In this document: positions 1-10,719 of the stretch, one piece after another
How the letters are laid out: each line of letters begins with the position of its first letter
How positions within the stretch are numbered: the first letter of the stretch is position 1
Origin: Octopus bimaculoides
Lineage: Eukaryota
Length of the DNA stretch: 48,876 bases
Assembly (NCBI RefSeq): GCF_001194135.2
Contig: NC_068993.1
Location: forward strand, 58,006,270 to 58,055,145
Direction of reading: 5' to 3'
Notes under the pieces: model-generated
What the model was told of the DNA's origin: nothing
Seen by the model: the letters and a program-made list of their open reading frames with translations, nothing else
Database searches by the model: none
Made by a program: the position numbers and the translations under genes

Positions 1-80
1 TATATATACACACACATACATGCATGCATACATACATACATACATACATACATACATACATACACACATACATACATATA
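1..80. repeat. (TACA)n/(CA)n microsatellite
   Basis: Direct reading: tandem catacatacata. Confidence 0.95.
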
Positions 81-117
81 TGTCCAACACCACTACATTA
101 AAAAGCAAAAACGGTGC

Positions 118-655
118 AGCGGATGAGCTACAGTGACAGGCTGAGAAAACTGCAATTTTACTCCCTGGAGCGAAGGCGCGGCAGATGCAATTATTTACAT
201 ATTGAAGACTCCACAAGGGCTAGTAACTAATTTCGGCATTGAGTGTTATAAAAATGCCAAAAATGGCCGTCATTTCATTATACTAAAAGTACCATCCAAG
301 CCATCTAAATTCAGGACTAGGTGCTGCAATAGTCTACGGTTCAAAGGCCCATAGCTCGTCTATGCCCTGCCACAAAACATAAGAAATCTGCATAAGGTGG
401 AAGTAGATGTCTTCAAAAAGGAACTAAGCATCCTCCTATCCACAATACAGGATGAACAAACAGCTCGACATGAGGTGCAGACGAGGGCAGCGGAATCAAA
501 CTCCCTTATACACCAAATGGACCAACAGCTGGGACAAAAGCAGATACAGGAGTGGTGATGTGAAACATCTCCAGACTGACAAAATCAGAAAGACCACGGT
601 GGTGCTCCGTCATGACCGCAGCCGCATGGCTGAAACGAGTTATAGAATAAAAGAA
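118..655 (+). mobile_element. 3' end of a decayed CR1/L2-group LINE (ORF2 C-terminus plus 3' UTR/tail)
   Basis: Manual translation: MSYSDRLRKLQFYSLERRR, frameshift, then AIIYILKTPQGLVTNFGI...SLRFKGP*LVYALPQNIRNLHKVEVDVFKKEL...QTRAAESNSLIHQM. This fits the recalled CR1/L2 post-RT motifs YxERLxxLxLxSLExRR, GPxLFNxLP, FKxxLD. One frameshift and an in-frame stop. Confidence 0.8.
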
Positions 656-1715
656 TATATATGTATATGTATATNNNNNNNNNNNNNNNNNNNNNNNNNN
701 NNNNNNNNNNNNNNNNNNNNNNNNNNNNNNNNNNNNNNNNNNNNNNNNNNNNNNNNNNNNNNNNNNNNNNNNNNNNNNNNNNNNNNNNNNNNNNNNNNNN
801 NNNNNNNNNNNNNNNNNNNNNNNNNNNNNNNNNNNNNNNNNNNNNNNNNNNNNNNNNNNNNNNNNNNNNNNNNNNNNNNNNNNNNNNNNNNNNNNNNNNN
901 NNNNNNNNNNNNNNTATAAATGTATAGGAACTTTTAAATAAGTTCTCCACCGATAATGGTGCTTACATACCGAAGGGCTTGGTAAAAATTATTAATTGTT
1001 GATTTATTAATAAATTAATAAATTGATAAACCTTTACCCTTTTAATTTATATATATATATATATATATATATACGCTTGTTGCCAAACGGAGTTGTTCTC
1101 CTATGGCGTACATAATTCCGACGGGCATGTTTCTGTTTAAATCTGCCTGAACGTATTAATAATAGATATCATTTCAAATTTCCATGTAGACAGTGTAAAT
1201 AAGGATTTTTTTTTATCGCTTAGCAGGTGTAAGCACTGGTAAAAAAAAAACTGTGTTTTCGTTGAAACAAAGACAGTGGCCTGTTGTGGTTCAAAGTTGC
1301 AGGTTCTTCTGGCTGACGAAACAAAGCATGTGGAAATACTGGTACTCCAGAATTCTTTGCGATGATGAGCCGTGTGTGTTGAGAGCACCCTCTTGTCATA
1401 AAATGTGGAAGTTGTTCTCTTCTGACGTACAGAGCAGAGACTAGTATATCTGCTTATGTATCTCCTGGTATGTATTATAAATTTGCAAATCATCGTTACG
1501 TATACTGTTCCAAAATATATTGAAGAAGCAGCTAATTCAAAAGGAAAAAGGTTTAAATTACCAACTGAAAAAGAGATACATGAAACTCAGATTATAGGAA
1601 GTAATGATCCTTTTAGTTATAATGAATTACAAAATGCTTTACATATCGTGTTCTGTAATTTATCGTCTCTTGGTTAATCAACGAAAACATACATGCATAA
1701 TGTGTGTGCATGTGT

Positions 1716-1754
<39 letters not shown>

Positions 1755-3628
1755 NNNNNNNNNNNNNNNNNNNNNNNNNNNNNNNNNNNNNNNNNNNNNN
1801 NNNNNNNNNNNNNNNNNNNNNNNNNNNNNNNNNNNNNNNNNNNNNNNNNNNNNNNNNNNNNNNNNNNNNNNNNNNNNNNNNNNNNNNNNNNNNNNNNNNN
1901 NNNNNNNNNNNNNNNNNNNNNNNNNNNNNNNNNNNNNNNNNNNNNNNNNNNNNNNNNNNNNNNNNNNNNNNNNNNNNNNNNNNNNNNNNNNNNNNNNNNN
2001 NNNNNNNNNNNNNNNNNNNNNNNNNNNNNNNNNNNNNNNNNNNNNNNNNNNNNNNNNNNNNNNNNNNNNNNNNNNNNNNNNNNNNNNNNNNNNNNNNNNN
2101 NNNNNNNNNNNNNNNNNNNNNNNNNNNNNNNNNNNNNNNNNNNNNNNNNNNNNNNNNNNNNNNNNNNNNNNNNNNNNNNNNNNNNNNNNNNNNNNNNNNN
2201 NNNNNNNNNNNNNNNNNNNNNNNNNNNNNNNNNNNNNNNNNNNNNNNNNNNNNNNNNNNNNNNNNNNNNNNNNNNNNNNNNNNNNNNNNNNNNNNNNNNN
2301 NNNNNNNNNNNNNNNNNNNNNNNNNNNNNNNNNNNNNNNNNNNNNNNNNNNNNNNNNNNNNNNNNNNNNNNNNNNNNNNNNNNNNNNNNNNNNNNNNNNN
2401 NNNNNNNNNNNNNNNNNNNNNNNNNNNNNNNNNNNNNNNNNNNNNNNNNNNNNNNNNNNNNNNNNNNNNNNNNNNNNNNNNNNNNNNNNATATATATATA
2501 TATATATATATAATATATATATACATATATACATCCCTTTTACTGTTTTCAATCATTGAAATGCGACCAAAGTGGAGTACCAATTCTAAAGAAATTATTA
2601 ACATATTAACACGTTCCATAGACTTAGTCTGGTGCTCATTTTATCGAACACTCTTTGCTGAATGTTTGAATTATCGTAGCTTAATTAATTCTATTAGTAT
2701 ACTTATGTATATAAATACGGACACACAAGCCTATATATGCACACAAGCAGTTATCTATGCATATCTATGCATATCTATACAAAATAAATATCTATGTAAA
2801 CGTGCTTGTGTGTATGTGTGCGCGCGGGCGTGTTTCAGAGAATGAAAATGAGTGAGAGAGAGAAAAGCAATAAAGATGGCTGATAGGATCAAAGACAGTT
2901 AAAGATATGTTTTGAAGACAGAAATAAATGAAAATATATCTTGATGCATGTATTACTTAATATGATATAGGATATCCGTTACACTGAAAATGGTGTTATA
3001 CATAATGTAAGAATTCCCGGGTTCATACACATGTTGAAATTATACACACGTTGAGAAACGCATTTTGAAACATATGTGTCCGGACCTAACGTGTGTTCTT
3101 TTTTAATTTTTTTTTTTTTTTTTTTTTGTGGCACACCAGTTAACTTCCATCAACATAACTAATACAAAATAAATAGTAACTAGTCTTGTGTCATCATCAG
3201 TAAGAGAGAGTGGGGAGAGAGAGAACAGAAAGTGAGAATAAACTTATCCTTTGTAAATAACCGCTGCAGTATGGCACAAATCCGGCTTGCATGCAACAGA
3301 TTATATTCGCTATTGAAACGTACTGCCTATATATTCGAGGGCAGATTTATAGCTTCTAACTTCGACACAAGACAGACTTGAGGCAGGTTTACGGTCTCAC
3401 AAATTCATATCTCTTGGCAATAAGCAATTTGAAATGATATTACTGAAAATCTACGAGACATTTTCACCATACATATGCTAAAGTACACAAGAAAATATGT
3501 TCTATGTGCTATTTATAGAAAAATGTATATTCTCAAGATGCAAATTAGATACTTGTTAGGAGAGAGTGTACAGAAAGAAAAAAAAACGTGGATATTACTG
3601 TTGCTTCCATTGATGATTTTGTTGTTAC

Positions 3629-3659
<31 letters not shown>

Positions 3660-4022
3660 GGTGGTGGTCCTACCATTCACTGTTGCTATGGTTTGCTTTT
3701 GCTGTTCATATTGTCGGTAGATTCAGAAGGACTCAGTAAAAATCGAATGTTTTTTTGGTAACCTTTCAACTTTCCCTGAAACGAGACGCCAAAGTGCAAC
3801 TGCATTGAATGCTGTGGGTGGCAGTCGCAAACAATTGTCATAAAAACTGAAATGCACGTGCATCTTGTGGAAGTTATGGGTATAAAAATCAACTTGAACT
3901 GCATTCCTGACGTTTATAATTTCTCCACTGTATTGGAAGTATTATATTGTAAGTTGTTGGTTATTGTTAATTTAATTGTTGAATTTGTTGTTGTTTTACT
4001 GCGTTTGGCAGAATTTTGAACT

Positions 4023-4137
4023 TATGCAGTTAAGTATATGTTCGGTCATGGAGTGATCAATGGTATCGCATCCATGAAGCGCTTAGCCCCATGGATGAGA
4101 AAGTATTGGTCACTATGACCGGACATATAACTGCATA
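4023..4137. repeat. 115-nt imperfect palindrome (foldback/MITE-like or hairpin RNA)
   Basis: Arms tatgcagtt..atatgttcggtcat..agtgatcaat / attggtcactatgaccggacatataactgcata; inner catccatg/catggatg around a 13-nt loop. Confidence 0.8.
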
Positions 4138-4500
4138 TAAATACATTACTGCTTTATGCTTTAGAGTGTGCTTCTTTTTCGTGTATATGATACACTAACG
4201 GTATTGTGTGTGTGTGAGTGTGTGTGTATGTATGTGCGTGTGCGCGCGTGATTTTTTTGGACTAATAGGTATATGTCAATTAATGTGCTGGTGTGTTCAA
4301 TAAAGCACTAGCAAGTTTTGGGCTAGCTGGTGTCATCCGAAGTCGGGGTATATTTCCGTTGGATCTACTTCAGTGTTGAGATAATAATCGATAAAAGAAA
4401 CATTAGGTGGGTTTGGCATTATTCTTTATTGTGTACGACAATAGATCGAAATGATTGTCGTACACAATACCAAGTCTATTTTCTGTTTCCTTAAACGGTA

Positions 4501-4502
<2 letters not shown>

Positions 4503-4576
<74 letters not shown>

Positions 4577-4600
4577 TGTGTGTGTGCGTGTGTGTGTGTG
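4503..4600. repeat. (TG)n microsatellite
   Basis: Direct reading. Confidence 0.95.
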
Positions 4601-5689
4601 TATACACTACCAACTTGATATAGAATAACAATGCTTTTTAAGCCCTAGTATCGGAGATAACAAGCAGGTTTATTAAGAAATAAATATCACGGACCGAAGT
4701 AGTTTTAATATGGGTAACAATCTTTATATGCTACTTAATGTTTATGTTTCGAGAACGTCGAATAACGTTTCTGTGTTTGTAGAACACCGAACAACTTGTA
4801 AATATTACTAGAACACCGTGCGGAATTCGTCTTCAGAGATCCTCTTGCGACATCAGTGACTGAAAAATCATTGTTATTTCTTGTATCATTGACAGTGAGA
4901 TTTGGCCTGCATGCGGTGAGCGGACGTCTGTCACTGTGGAAGTTAAGTACACTGAAATTAAGTGATCTTGTAGTTTCGGCGCCCAAGCCAACTGTTCTTG
5001 TTTATTAGCAAAATATGTGCGTGTTCTTAGTACCGCACGTCTCTATGGTGGGGAGAACCTCTCAAGGTGAATTCAGTATTAATACTGCTTCGTCGCTACT
5101 ATTTATGATATACGCGAGCGTGTGTTGTGTGAGTGAGTGTGTGTGTGTGTGTGTGCGTGTGTTTTATAGATACATAATCAGATGCATATATCCATTCAAG
5201 TATATGCACATTCAAATAGAATACGCACACATACTGATACATATGCCCCTGTATAAACACCGACTTTCATATATATATATGAACCATTCTGACAACAATC
5301 AAAACTGTATGCACAATATGAAGAACACCACTAGCCAAAAAGAACAGACAGTAGGAAGAGTGAAAGATAAGGAGTCTGCGCAATTAGAATACAGCAATAG
5401 AGTACCTAGAAACAAAAAAGAAGAGTCCAAATTTACATGAATCTTTGCCAAATAAAATGCAAAGTGGTTTAGATATGAATGGACCTACTAAGAGGTGCCA
5501 TTCAAATAGGGGAGGTAACCAATGCATAAGCTCCGTAAATACTACTATACGAATAGCTGACAAATATAATGTTAAATATTATAGCAAACAAACCCATTGC
5601 CGTATAAAAACCAACTAAACAGGTTACACACTTTTGCAAAAAGCTAAGGTAAAAATTGAAATACATACATCAATAACATAGATACCTCT

Positions 5690-6641
5690 AGCTATATCGA
5701 ATGGTACGTAATTCCCTTCAGAAAACAAATAATTTCCAATATATCAAAATAGATTTATTGACTAAAAATTTCCCAAAGGAGTGTAAATACTATAGAATTT
5801 TAATAAACATAGAATTAGACTAGCTTTTCCTAATAGCAAAAATCTAGTTCAAATTATAGCAGCACACAACGGTAGTAAATTTTAAAGTTTCCATATGAAC
5901 AATAGCAATAATAGTAACCAGAATGATAATCGTAGATCAATAAATAGCAACAACGTCAACATGAGCGAACAAACCATAAGTAACATAGCAACGCATCAGG
6001 AGAGGAACTATGGTTTAACAACCAATAAAATAAATGAGACCCGAGTGAACTCTCCCATTAGCCTGGTAGAAGAAAATGTGAATCCTAAAAAGCGCAGTAC
6101 CCAGAATGTTATCTATGTGCAAAAGACTAATAGTTTAGAAGATAGACAGGAGAATATAGAAATCACATCTAGCGAAGGAGAAGCTGATATTAATAGAAGT
6201 AGTAGAATTATTAAATGCGATTGTGCAAGGAACAGGGTATGTTCGCTTAACTCTAACTGTAGATATAAAAATATCGTATATAGATGTCTGATTACCTCAG
6301 ATAATAGGGAGTACTCCTATATAGGAGCTTGCTCATGTTATATTAAGTAGAGAATTTCCAATCATTTAAATTCATTTAGAAATAGGAACAAAATAGATGC
6401 TACTGACCTTAGTAAACTAGAGTAAATTTGAGGACTAGAAGATAGTAACAAAGTATTGTCGCTTGCTTGGAAATAATTAGTGAGGCAAAATCCATATCGA
6501 ATAGACGATAATAGATGTGAACCTTGTATGGAAGAAATATACCAAATTTTTACTTCTAAATTTACTCTTATAAACACTAGACAGGAACGAGCTATGGGAT
6601 GTCCACACTGGACAAAATACACATTTAAACGATTTGAATAA
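5690..6641 (+). mobile_element. Penelope-like element (Neptune-type) remnant: RT-EN linker and GIY-YIG endonuclease, pseudogenised
   Basis: IEWYVIPF...ID*KFPKG..YYRI.NKHRIRLAF..KNLVQIIAAHN (cf. IIWFNPP..IDKHFP..KIFN..II..HN). Then ORF 5895-6350 gives CDC..VCSLNSNCRYKNIVYRCLITSDNREYSYIG, followed by K*RISNHLNSF..ATDLSK..WKIISEA..CEPCMEE..LINTRQE..GCPH. Several stops and frameshifts. Weaker RT-thumb-like similarity may extend upstream to about 5190. Confidence 0.85.
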
Positions 6642-7913
6642 ACATAACTTACCATCTATAGTAATTATACTATTTAAAATAATGATTATGATAATTAATG
6701 ATATTTATGCAAATAATACAAATAAATATAATTATAATAATAAAATCAATAATATTAATTGAAGGTATAAACCAAAAATATGTTAAATACGTCTGAATTA
6801 AATGAGGCGTTTAATAACAGACCGTCGTAAGTGCCACAACTTAAAACCGAGAAAAACGTATTCAAAGTTTCACGACATTCAGAGTGCAATATCTCGGCAA
6901 AGAATGAACTTAGGAAACTGGTTTTGGTCTTAAAATGACAGCGAGGACTTCCTCTAATCATTCTATGCAAATATTTATGTATCTAAAAGATGAAACACCG
7001 ACTGCGTTTTTCTCATTTTGTAGAACATACCGGTACTACGAAACGGTGTATTGCATTGCATGTTTAAGCCATAACACCTAGCAAAACATACAGAGGCACC
7101 CCGAAGGTATTGTCTGTTTTAATATACCAAGGTAAGTATGTTTAGAATGTAAGACAAGATAGTGAGATAATAGCCCATTATCGTTACGATGGTAGCGAGG
7201 AGTATTAGAAAATGAGCCATAACACCTCGAAAAACGATACAGGGACCACACCAAAGTTATTGATTGAGCGTGTGTGGTTACAATGATGTGTTACTAAACT
7301 CTCTGGTCCGAGTTTGTGTGAGCAAGCGTCGCGTCAATAGCGTAGAGGTACATTTTTTTTTTTCAACTGGATTTTCGACCTTATTGCAAGCCTCACCGCT
7401 CCTTCCTCCCAACTTTTTCGGATTCTAGACTTCGAAACAAAGAAAATGATATACTAGCCTCGAAAATGGTCGGAGTGGCGCTTACGACACTCTGTTACTA
7501 AACTTCTCAAATAATATACTCCATACAATAAAATGTAAACAAAATTGCTACAATTAATTGGAATATGAATAAGCATTTTAAAACCACGATTCAACTGTAC
7601 AACCAGTAGAGGTAATTATAGCATTAAAATTCAATTCGATTCAAAATGTAACGCTATCATCTTAAACTGAATACCAACGCAGGAAGTTTGTTTGAATTAG
7701 TTCACTTTGAAAACGTTGTAAGTAATGGACACTTGATGAAATTGCAGTGACTAGGATGCATAATTGCATACAAAACAATGTGCAGTTGCTGCAGTAGAAA
7801 CATATGTTGGTTACTGTTATATATGTTGTAGAAAACATTTTAATAAAAATATCTTGGATGTGAATAAATCTCCACTTTCCTCTTGGCTTTCACTGATATA
7901 TATATATATATAT

Positions 7914-8102
7914 TGGAGAATATACGAAAAACCAACAACAGATGAGGACAGGTGGTGTAAATAACAAAAGGATGTATTAGTATGACGCTCGGGAATACGG
8001 AAAGTCTTTGACGTTTCGAGCTACGCTCTTCAACAGAAAGAATACGGAGACAAGGAGAAAAACACGGAGAAAAAAAATTGAATAGTGTTCAGTCAACGGT
8101 CA
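7914..8102 (-). mobile_element. ~190-bp module between two (TA)n tracts; probable Penelope-like terminal (pLTR) fragment
   Basis: Flanked by (TA)n at 7897-7913 and 8103-8118; contains a hammerhead-like motif of the kind described at PLE termini. Confidence 0.55.
8005..8041 (-). ncRNA. Minimal type-I hammerhead-ribozyme-like motif with variant core
   Basis: Minus strand: UCUUU-CUGUUGA-A-GAGC-GUA-GCUC-GAAAC-GUC-AAAGA. Stem I UCUUU/AAAGA, stem II GAGC/GCUC, GAAA, loopless ACGU stem III, GUC cleavage triplet. Core has A6->U plus an extra A after A9. Confidence 0.6.
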
Positions 8103-9479
8103 ATATATATATATATATAGGAAAAAGAAAGAGAAGAAGGAAGAGACAGAAGATAAGTTAGAATACGAAGATGGAGAAAAGTAATAAATAAATCATGTAA
8201 ACTTATAAATGCAGCCTAAAATTGCGACGCGGCACCTCCAGATTATTATTACATTCTTCTCTATCTTACAAAAGCGAAGTGTTGATTCTATCATCTAAAG
8301 AATGTTCATCGCACTTACTTACCTTTGATTGTAGTGAATAAATGTAGATTTATAACAAAAATATATCGTAAATATATATATAAATAAGTTTATATACTAA
8401 GACATTAGATCTGAAATCATATATTGAAACGGATACTGTTGTAATCTTCAAGATTACTGCTTGTTATTTTAATAAATGACAAACTTACGCATTGTATGTT
8501 ATTTTATGCACTTCTTCAGCTACTTTTGCTGGAACTGAAGTCATATAATGTAAAGTAGCAGTAATTAAAATAAAGAAGTGAATTAACAGCTATCTCTTGA
8601 GTGCGTGTGCTGCGTATTTGGCAAAAGAACAAATGCAACAACCTATATTAATTACTAACAACTAAAGTTATATTATACATTACTTATTTCGTTAAAATCT
8701 GAACTTTATGGTAACAAAATATATGCTATAATGTAACCTTATCTCTTTTTTAAAAAAATTATGTTCACATTTATGAATAATCTGTATTCCATAATAGCCT
8801 GCAAATGTATTCTTATTGAAACCCCAGAACACGTTTCACCTTTTCCTTTGTCGGAATCGTCAGTATTCAAGTTCAGTGCACTTGACAGCATATAGACGTA
8901 TTCATGTTTGCTTATTCTCTTCTTTTAGCTGCCACAGTGCTCAACTAAGTAGTCTTTGACTGTGGCATACATTAATTATTATGTTCACCACCAACTACTT
9001 AGGTTTAATACATACACAAACCTGACATCTGAAAACTTGTTATAAAACTAAGCATAAACACTATAGCGAAGTGATTTCATTGTACCGTAACTGATGTTTG
9101 CCCGGAAAAGTAATTCGTTGAAGCAGCGTAATTCTGCACCGCTATCTACATTCCACGCACTCCTCTTTTCCAGCTAACATTATCCAACGAACTGAAATAA
9201 AATTTTTAATTTGCATACTTGCTAGTTGATCGCTTAACTATTTGCTGCTAGCTCAGGAACAACTCAAATTATGAAAACCTACTGTTTATATCTACGAAAA
9301 CGAATTACATTTTTAAAAAATACTACGTATAGACACCTTTTCTTGTTAAGAAATTATTTGGTACTTAAGAATGTAACCTTGCTCTGTTCAACATATCGTG
9401 TGCAAACGAACTACGGGTTACAAAAGCAGATTTAGTGATAAGAAAACAAAATCCTATAGTAATATACACATATGCAAAA

Positions 9480-9905
9480 GGCGGCGAGCTGGCAGAAATG
9501 TTAACATGCCGGGCGAAATGCTTAGCAGTATTTCGTCTACCGCTACGTTCTGAGTTCAAATTCCGCCGAGGTCAGCTTTGCCTTTCATCCTTTCGGGGTC
9601 GATTAAATAAGTACCAGTTACGCATTGGAGTCGATATAATCGACTTAATCTGTTTGTCCTTGTTTATCTCCCCTGTGTGTAGCCCCTTGTGGGCAGTAAA
9701 GAAATAAGAAACGTTAGCACGCCAGGCGAAATGTTTAGCAATATTTCGTCTGTCTTTACGTTCTGATTCAAATTCCGCCGAGATCGACTTTGCCTTTCAT
9801 CCTTTCGGAGTCGATAAATTAACTACCACTTGCGTACTGGGTCGATCTAATCGACTGGTCCTCGCCCCAAAAATTTCGGGCCTTGTGCCTAGAGTAGAAA
9901 AGAAT
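9480..9905 (+). mobile_element. tRNA-derived SINE family B, head-to-tail dimer (monomers ~9480-9707 and ~9708-9905)
   Basis: A-box-like gagctggcagaa and B-box gagttcaaattcc; second monomer repeats acgttctga(g)ttcaaattccgccgag..gcctttcatcctttcgg; homologous to other copies in the window. Confidence 0.85.
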
Positions 9906-9960
9906 ATCCACATACATAGATAAATAGCATCACAATTTCATATTATATATGTTTATTATA

Positions 9961-10170
9961 AGGCTTCGAGCTGGCAGAATCGTTAGCACGCCGGAGGAAA
10001 TGCTTAGCGGTACTTCGTCTGCGCTAGGTTCTGAGTTCAAATTCCGCCGCGGTCGAATTTAATCTTTTCAGGGTTGATAAATTAAGTATCACTGAAATAC
10101 GAGGGTCCATGTAATCGACCAGTCCCCTTCCCGCTAAATATGAGGCCTTGTGCCTCCCGTAGACAGGATT
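9961..10170 (+). mobile_element. SINE family B copy
   Basis: aaggcttcgagctggcagaatcgttagcacgcc...gagttcaaattccgccg...ggccttgtgcct, collinear with 9480-9905. Confidence 0.8.
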
Positions 10171-10719
10171 ACATATGTTTAAAATATCAGCATATTTTTT
10201 TTTTTTGTTATAATAGTTAGTAATACAAACTACTTGAAATTCTGACAGATGAGGAATATTTTGTCTTTGTTTGAATTCATTTAGTGTTAGGTTTCTATTG
10301 AGTAAAGTATTTCATTCAGTTATGTCACAGAATGAGGAATGTGTTACATCGAACGTAAATCTCATTGTTTACATATTGCTAATACTGCAGCATGATTATG
10401 ATAAACATCCCACACCGGTCATTGACGTAATATCAAGCCTGATACAATAAAACCGGAAACTGTACGTTTTGCCGGTTATTGCTTGATAAAGCTTACATCT
10501 CCAAAGAGATGACAGGACTTCAACATAAAAATAAAGAACTATATTTTACTAAGCCATTGAGACGTCTTTAGGATGAAGAACATGAAATATGTTGAATTTG
10601 CGGATATATCTCTAATGAATGTGTGCGAATCTATCTTCGTAGTATCCACGTGTGTGTGAGTGTGTGTGTGCATGTGTGTGTGTGCGTGTGCGTGCGCACG
10701 TGCATATATATATATATAC

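Noticed and set aside
944-985. ccgataa-t-ggt-gcttacat-acc-gaag, a second hammerhead-like string
   Set aside because: Core deviates at U4, G8 and A15.1, and stems I and III cannot be formed; at best a dead PLE-end relic.
10430-10490. Interrupted hairpin tatcaagc..aaccgg..ccggtt..gcttgata
   Set aside because: Short, heavily bulged stems; within chance expectation.
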